DNA of 64,000 nucleotides from Alphaproteobacteria bacterium (GTDB lineage Bacteria; Pseudomonadota; Alphaproteobacteria; Micavibrionales; UBA2020): NCBI GenBank assembly GCA_021413445.1, contig JAIOQI010000056.1, positions 5,730 to 69,729 of the forward strand, read 5' to 3'. Shown piece by piece: positions 59,549 to 64,000 of this stretch (position 1 is its first letter; each line of letters starts with the position of its first letter). The notes under the pieces were generated by a model. It saw only the letters and a program-made list of their open reading frames with translations, ran no database searches and was not told where the DNA came from. The position numbers and the translations under genes were made by a program.

Positions 59549-61114
59549 ATGTGGTGGCAGCCCGATCATTTCGCCAAAAAAATCCCCTATCTTCAGGAGC
59601 GGGCGCGGATTATTGCCGCGGTGCGCGATTTTTTCAATCGGCGCGGCTATCTGGAAGTGGATACCCCGGCCTTGCAGCACAGCCCCTGCATGGAGCCGCA
59701 TATTCAGGCTTTTCGCGTTGGGGGCAAGTACCTGCACACCAGCCCCGAATTCGCGATGAAAAAGCTGCTGGTGGCGGGGCTGCCGAAAATCTATCAGCTG
59801 GCGAAAGTGTTCCGCGATGAGCAGCCCTCGCGCCTGCACAGCCCCGAGTTCACCATGCTGGAATGGTATCAGGCGGGCATGGACTACAGGGCGATGATGC
59901 AGGAAACGGTGGAGCTGATCCGCGCTGTTGCCGCAGACAAGATCGTTTTCAATGGCAAGACCTGCGACCCGCATCAGCCGTGGGAAATCATCACTGTCGC
60001 CGAGGCTTTGAAGAAATATGCGGATGTTGATATTGAACAAAATTTGTGCGACCTGGCGCATATCCGCGCCGAAGCCGCGCGCATCGGCGTTTACGTGTCG
60101 CCGCATGACGACTGGGAAAACGCGCTGCTGAAAATCATGATGGACAAGGTGGAGCCGCATCTGGGTGCGCCTGTGCCGACGATCATCACTGACTATCCGG
60201 TGTCGATGGCGGCGCTGTCGCGCCCCAAGCCGGAAGATCCGCGCTTTGCCGAGCGGTTCGAGGTCTATATCTGCAGCATTGAGCTGGCCAACGCTTTCGG
60301 CGAACTGACGGACGCCAAGGTGCAGCGCGAGCGGTTCCTGCATGACATCGTCCTGCGTAAAAAGATATACGGTGACGACTATCCGGTGGATGAGGAGTTT
60401 TTAAAGGCGATCGAATTCGGCCTGCCGCCGTGCAGCGGCAATGCGCTGGGGATCGACCGGCTGGTGATGCTGCTGACCGGCGCTGGCAATATCGATCTGG
60501 TGCAGGCGGCGCCTGTGCAGCCGGACAATCGAAGCGGCTGGACGGCGCTGCATTACATGGCGGAAGCCGAGGCGCAAGGGGTCGATGTGGCCGCCCTGGT
60601 GGAAGAACTTCTGGCAGCGGGCGCCGACCCGCACCAGCCGGACCGGAATGGCGATACGGCTTTCAATATCGCTGCGCCGGCTTCTCCGGTGACAGGACGG
60701 CTGATGACGAAACACTGGCTGGCAGGCAAGGGCACGAAGGGGCTGAACGAGCGCTCCGGCTCCCATGGCACGACGCTGGCGCAATATATCGCCAAGTGGC
60801 TGCATGACGACGAGATCGAGGCAGCGGTTGCCAAGGGTGTGAGCGTTGACCTGCCCAATGACAGCGGCTGGACGCCGTTAATCGCCGCCGCCGCGATGGG
60901 GCGCGTGAAAGCGGTGGAGGTCTTCACCAAATCCGGCAGCCCGGCAGCGCGGACAACCGAGAGTTATACGGCCAATTATCACGGCTCCTCTGTTACCTAT
61001 CCCGCAGGGCTGGACGCGGCGGGCATTGCCGAGGCGCGTTTGACGCAGGACAAAGGCTTGTCAGCGGAGATGAAAAAGAATTTTCTGCAATGTATTAAAA
61101 TCTTGAGAGGCTAA
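59549..61114 (+). CDS. epmA: EF-P lysine ligase EpmA (PoxA/GenX)-like domain fused to C-terminal ankyrin repeats
   Basis: Residues 1 to ~325 are colinear with remembered E. coli EpmA (LEVDTP, SPEFAMKKLLVAG, PEFTMLEWY, ERFEVY..IELANAFGELTD, GNALGIDRLVML). Residues ~330-521 carry ankyrin repeats (GWTALHYMA...LLAAGADPHQPDRNGDTAFNIAA; DSGWTPLIAAAAMGRVKAVEVF). Confidence 0.75.
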   Translation: MWWQPDHFAKKIPYLQERARIIAAVRDFFNRRGYLEVDTPALQHSPCMEPHIQAFRVGGKYLHTSPEFAMKKLLVAGLPKIYQLAKVFRDEQPSRLHSPEFTMLEWYQAGMDYRAMMQETVELIRAVAADKIVFNGKTCDPHQPWEIITVAEALKKYADVDIEQNLCDLAHIRAEAARIGVYVSPHDDWENALLKIMMDKVEPHLGAPVPTIITDYPVSMAALSRPKPEDPRFAERFEVYICSIELANAFGELTDAKVQRERFLHDIVLRKKIYGDDYPVDEEFLKAIEFGLPPCSGNALGIDRLVMLLTGAGNIDLVQAAPVQPDNRSGWTALHYMAEAEAQGVDVAALVEELLAAGADPHQPDRNGDTAFNIAAPASPVTGRLMTKHWLAGKGTKGLNERSGSHGTTLAQYIAKWLHDDEIEAAVAKGVSVDLPNDSGWTPLIAAAAMGRVKAVEVFTKSGSPAARTTESYTANYHGSSVTYPAGLDAAGIAEARLTQDKGLSAEMKKNFLQCIKILRG

Positions 61115-61115
61115 A

Positions 61116-61460
61116 ATGGAAACAACCCTGAAAACGATTGGCCTATTGTTCATGTCCAATGTCTTCATGACCTTTGCGTGGTACGGGCATCTTAAATACA
61201 AAGCCTCGCCGCTTCACATCGCCATCCTGGTGAGCTGGGGCATTGCCTTTTTCGAATATTGCCTGCAGGTGCCGGCCAACCGCATGGGTTCCGGCCTTTT
61301 ATCGACGGCGCAGCTCAAGACCATCCAGGAAATCATCACGCTCTGCGTTTTCGCCGGGTTTTCGGTGTGGTACCTGAATGAGCCGCTGCGCTGGAATCAT
61401 GCGGTCGGCTTTTTCTTCCTGGTGGTTGCGGCGTTTTTTATATTTAAAACAAAGACTTAA
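61116..61460 (+). CDS. small DMT-superfamily (DUF486) membrane protein
   Basis: 114 aa. Block FMSNVFMTFAWYGHLKY is typical of DUF486. Confidence 0.7.
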   Translation: METTLKTIGLLFMSNVFMTFAWYGHLKYKASPLHIAILVSWGIAFFEYCLQVPANRMGSGLLSTAQLKTIQEIITLCVFAGFSVWYLNEPLRWNHAVGFFFLVVAAFFIFKTKT

Positions 61461-61470
61461 TGTATAATAC

Positions 61471-61500
61471 TTGACATAATGCACTAAAATAAGCTATCCT
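61471..61500 (+). promoter_or_regulatory. sigma70-like promoter (TTGACA-N18-TATCCT)
   Basis: Perfect -35 at 61471-61476 and -10 tatcct at 61495-61500, upstream of the DUF1566 gene. Confidence 0.4.
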
Positions 61501-61557
61501 TATCCAAGATATTCCGAAGGGGCATCCCATAAGTTTTTTCATGGAAGGGATTACATC

Positions 61558-61980
61558 ATGACTGAAGCGAATAACAACAAATCCGCACAAAAAATCGGCG
61601 ACAAAATGCCGGACGGCAGCATTTATGCCGGTATTTCTCCCGATACAGGCAGGCCCATGTATGCGATGCCGAAGGATGCTTCCTTCAAGCGGGGTTTCAA
61701 TGATGCCAGCAAATACCAGGCTGCGGCTAACGAGCGCAAGGAACTGGGCCATGACGACTGGCGCCTGGCATCGGACGCCGAAATGAAAGCTATTTTCAAC
61801 AACAGCGCCGCTATCGGCGGCTTCGACAACTCCGGCGCCTATCCGGCGGGCTGGTACTGGACTTCCACAAAAGGCTACAACATGGGCGAGTTTGTGAAGA
61901 TCGTGCGCGCCAGCGATGGGAGAGAGAACGACCAGCAGGACAAGCAGCGCGACCTGTCCGTGCGTTTGATCCGCAGCTGA
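61558..61980 (+). CDS. DUF1566 (Lcl C-terminal-like) protein, intact paralogue
   Basis: 140 aa. N-terminus KIGDKMPDGSIYAGISPDTGRPMYAMP matches 23284-23734. Also DDWRLASDAEMKAIF, GWYWTST and VRLIRS. Confidence 0.7.
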   Translation: MTEANNNKSAQKIGDKMPDGSIYAGISPDTGRPMYAMPKDASFKRGFNDASKYQAAANERKELGHDDWRLASDAEMKAIFNNSAAIGGFDNSGAYPAGWYWTSTKGYNMGEFVKIVRASDGRENDQQDKQRDLSVRLIRS

Positions 61981-61985
61981 GTGGC

Positions 61986-62894
61986 TTATTTCCCCGCCTT
62001 GTTTTTCCGGCTCACCAAAAACGCGTAAGTCAGTATCTTATAGGCCAGCTTCGCGGCTAAAAAGTTGCAGGCATGAAGGTTGGGCTTGGGCGCCAGTTCG
62101 TTGACGTCGGCGCCGACAAAATTCGATACCTTGGCCACCTCGCGGATAATATCCACAGATTCCTGCCAGAACAGCCCGCCCGGCTCCGGCGTGCCGGTGG
62201 CGGGCATCAGGCTGGCGTCCAGCCCGTCGATGTCGAAGGTGACATAGACGTTCTTGCCCTTGAAGTGGCTGACGATCTCACCCATGTCCCATTTGGCCTT
62301 TTCGCGCGCCCAGTAGATCTTGACGCGGTGCTTGTTCGCTTCCAGAAAGGGGATTTCGCTCTGCGAGATGTTGCGGATGCCGAAGGAATAGAGCTTGATG
62401 TGCGGGTGGTCGAGCGCGCGGCGCAGCGCGGCGGCGTGGCTGTAGTGCTCCCCCTCATAGCCGTCGCGCAGGTCGGCATGGGCGTCGAAATGCAGGATGG
62501 TCAGGTCCTTGTAGCGCCGCGCATAGGGGCGGATGGCGCCGGCGATGATGGAATGCTCGCCGCCGAACACCAGCGGGAATTTGCCCATTTTCAGGACTTC
62601 CTCCACCATCCCCTCCAGCTGGTCGAGCGCCTTGGGGATGGGTTTCCGGATTTTCGGCTCTTTGGCGGTGACGACGCCGATCTGGCGGAACGGCTCGCAC
62701 CAGAACTCGTCGTCGAACAGTTCCACCTGATGCGAGGCGTCGATCATCGCCTGCGGCCCCTTGGCGGTGCCGCCGCCGTAGGAGACGGAGGCTTCCAGCC
62801 CGAAAGGGATGATGACGGCCCGTGCGTCCTTCAGGGAAGCGGCGTCTTTTTTCTCCAGCCCGAGAAAGGCTTTTTTGGGGGCGAGGAATTGCAT
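61986..62894 (-). CDS. speB: agmatinase (ureohydrolase family)
   Basis: Start at MQFLAPKK (62892-62894). Mn ligand motifs HFDAHADL and DIDGLD. Confidence 0.85.
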   Translation of the reverse strand: MQFLAPKKAFLGLEKKDAASLKDARAVIIPFGLEASVSYGGGTAKGPQAMIDASHQVELFDDEFWCEPFRQIGVVTAKEPKIRKPIPKALDQLEGMVEEVLKMGKFPLVFGGEHSIIAGAIRPYARRYKDLTILHFDAHADLRDGYEGEHYSHAAALRRALDHPHIKLYSFGIRNISQSEIPFLEANKHRVKIYWAREKAKWDMGEIVSHFKGKNVYVTFDIDGLDASLMPATGTPEPGGLFWQESVDIIREVAKVSNFVGADVNELAPKPNLHACNFLAAKLAYKILTYAFLVSRKNKAGK

Positions 62895-62895
62895 G

Positions 62896-63954
62896 TTATT
62901 TAAACAACTTCGCCCAGTTCTTGCGCCCGCGTTTTTTCCAGTGGCCGCGGTGGTAGGCGTCGCTGGCCAGCAGCGGCAGCACCGAACCCGCTTCGGCAAA
63001 GACCATCTGCTCCTGCGCAACATCCACCTTGCCCCACGAGCAGGCTTCCTTGAGGGTCGAGGACGAGCAGGCGCCGTCGCGCACGTCGGCGACGGTGATC
63101 TGCACCGCGTATTTGTGCATCTCGACGTCGGGGTGGCCGAGGATTTCGGCGCAGACGACGGTGTCCTGGGTGAAGTTCTTCGGCACGCCGCCGCCGACCA
63201 TCAGCAGGCCGGTGGTGCCGGCAGCGATTTTAATGTCGGTCAGCTCGCGGAAGTCGGCGACGCTGTCGATGGACAGGTATTTTTTCGGGTTTTTCTTCTG
63301 GTGCAGCACCAGGCCGAAGCCGGCGGAGCTGTCGGTGAAGGCCGGGCAGAAAATCGGCACGCCCTGTTCATAGGCGGTCTGGACCAGCGAACCCTTTTTC
63401 TTGGCGTTCTTGGTCAGCCACTTGCCCATCTCCCAGATGAATTCGCGGGAGGAATAGGGGCGCGGCTCCAGGCTGTTGGCGATCTCGAAAATCGTGCGAT
63501 CGACCGCCTGCAGGTCTTCCTCGTCGATGTAGGTGTCATAGATGCGGTCGATGTAGAGGTCGCGCAGCTCGCGGTCATCGACCTGGCCGTCGGCCTGGTA
63601 ATGCCTGAAGCCGAGCGCCTCGAAAAAGTCCATATCGACGATGCTGGCGCCGGTGGCGACGATGACATCGACCATGTTGTGCCTGACCATGTCGGTGTAA
63701 ATATCCATGCAGCCGCCCGCCGAGGTGGAGCCGGCCAGGGTCAGGATGCTGGTGGCGTTTTTATCCTGCAGCAGGGCGTTGAAGATGTCCGCCGCGCGGG
63801 AAAGGTCGCGGGAGGTGAAGGACATCTTGCCCATGCCCTTGATGATGGGGCGGGCGTCGAAGCTCTTGAAGTCGATATGCTCAACCGGCGTGCTCAGCAG
63901 CACGGCCTTGCGGTTGTTTTTCGGCTTGGGCTTTACTGTCTTCAGGTTTTTCAT
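62896..63954 (-). CDS. deoxyhypusine synthase-like protein (probable homospermidine synthase type)
   Basis: 352 aa DHS fold. Catalytic-Lys context EACSWGKV is retained. Its stop lies 1 nt before the speB start. Confidence 0.8.
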   Translation of the reverse strand: MKNLKTVKPKPKNNRKAVLLSTPVEHIDFKSFDARPIIKGMGKMSFTSRDLSRAADIFNALLQDKNATSILTLAGSTSAGGCMDIYTDMVRHNMVDVIVATGASIVDMDFFEALGFRHYQADGQVDDRELRDLYIDRIYDTYIDEEDLQAVDRTIFEIANSLEPRPYSSREFIWEMGKWLTKNAKKKGSLVQTAYEQGVPIFCPAFTDSSAGFGLVLHQKKNPKKYLSIDSVADFRELTDIKIAAGTTGLLMVGGGVPKNFTQDTVVCAEILGHPDVEMHKYAVQITVADVRDGACSSSTLKEACSWGKVDVAQEQMVFAEAGSVLPLLASDAYHRGHWKKRGRKNWAKLFK

Positions 63955-64000
63955 GGGGGAGGGTCCTTTTGTTCGGGAGTTGCGGGGTTTTTTTCAAATG

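Noticed and set aside
62896-63954. The DHS-like protein as a bona fide EF-P hypusination enzyme acting with EpmA.
   Set aside because: Tight coupling to agmatinase fits the known DHS-like homospermidine synthase route better. The EF-P link is kept only as a low-probability idea in the findings.

Overview
GC-rich bacterial chromosomal window. Gene order looks alphaproteobacterial: accD-folC, a short hprK followed by EIIA(Man)-HPr-EI, ahcY next to a PAS histidine kinase, and a short ~600-aa NrdA. The housekeeping backbone holds nrdA/nrdB, phoH, accD, folC, PTS-regulatory genes, ahcY, miaA, degP, copA and a near-complete purine-to-malate catabolic cluster (adenine deaminase, xdhABC, malate synthase, puuD, hiuH, puuE, uraD, alc, allA). 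A speB/deoxyhypusine-synthase-like operon sits at the right edge. Host-interaction and accessory genes are interspersed, many visibly AT-richer than their flanks. The most striking are three dispersed Dot/Icm-type (type IVB secretion) genes: an orphan icmB/dotO, and a dotM-dotL coupling-protein module. That module carries an embedded superinfection-immunity-like membrane gene, and the DotL tail has a triplicated SW motif. Other accessory content: four Inc-like proteins with a bilobed hydrophobic domain (three in tandem), two tandem secreted HExxH proteins, two DUF1566 genes, an autotransporter on a tRNA-Thr-flanked islet, an EpmA-ankyrin fusion, and a HEPN-like (Rx4H) gene inside the uraD-alc junction. 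Further oddities: an open but active-site-degenerate class II RNR (NrdJ-like) paralogue overlapping a RidA gene, an in-frame TAG in an otherwise well-conserved ahcY, a C6-tract frameshift in one DUF1566 gene, a palindromic GTCAT..GAGC repeat family (3 copies), and a promoter/terminator-bounded sRNA candidate. No CRISPR array, rRNA or intact transposase/integrase was seen. All family assignments rest on motifs and remembered alignments; no database search was run.
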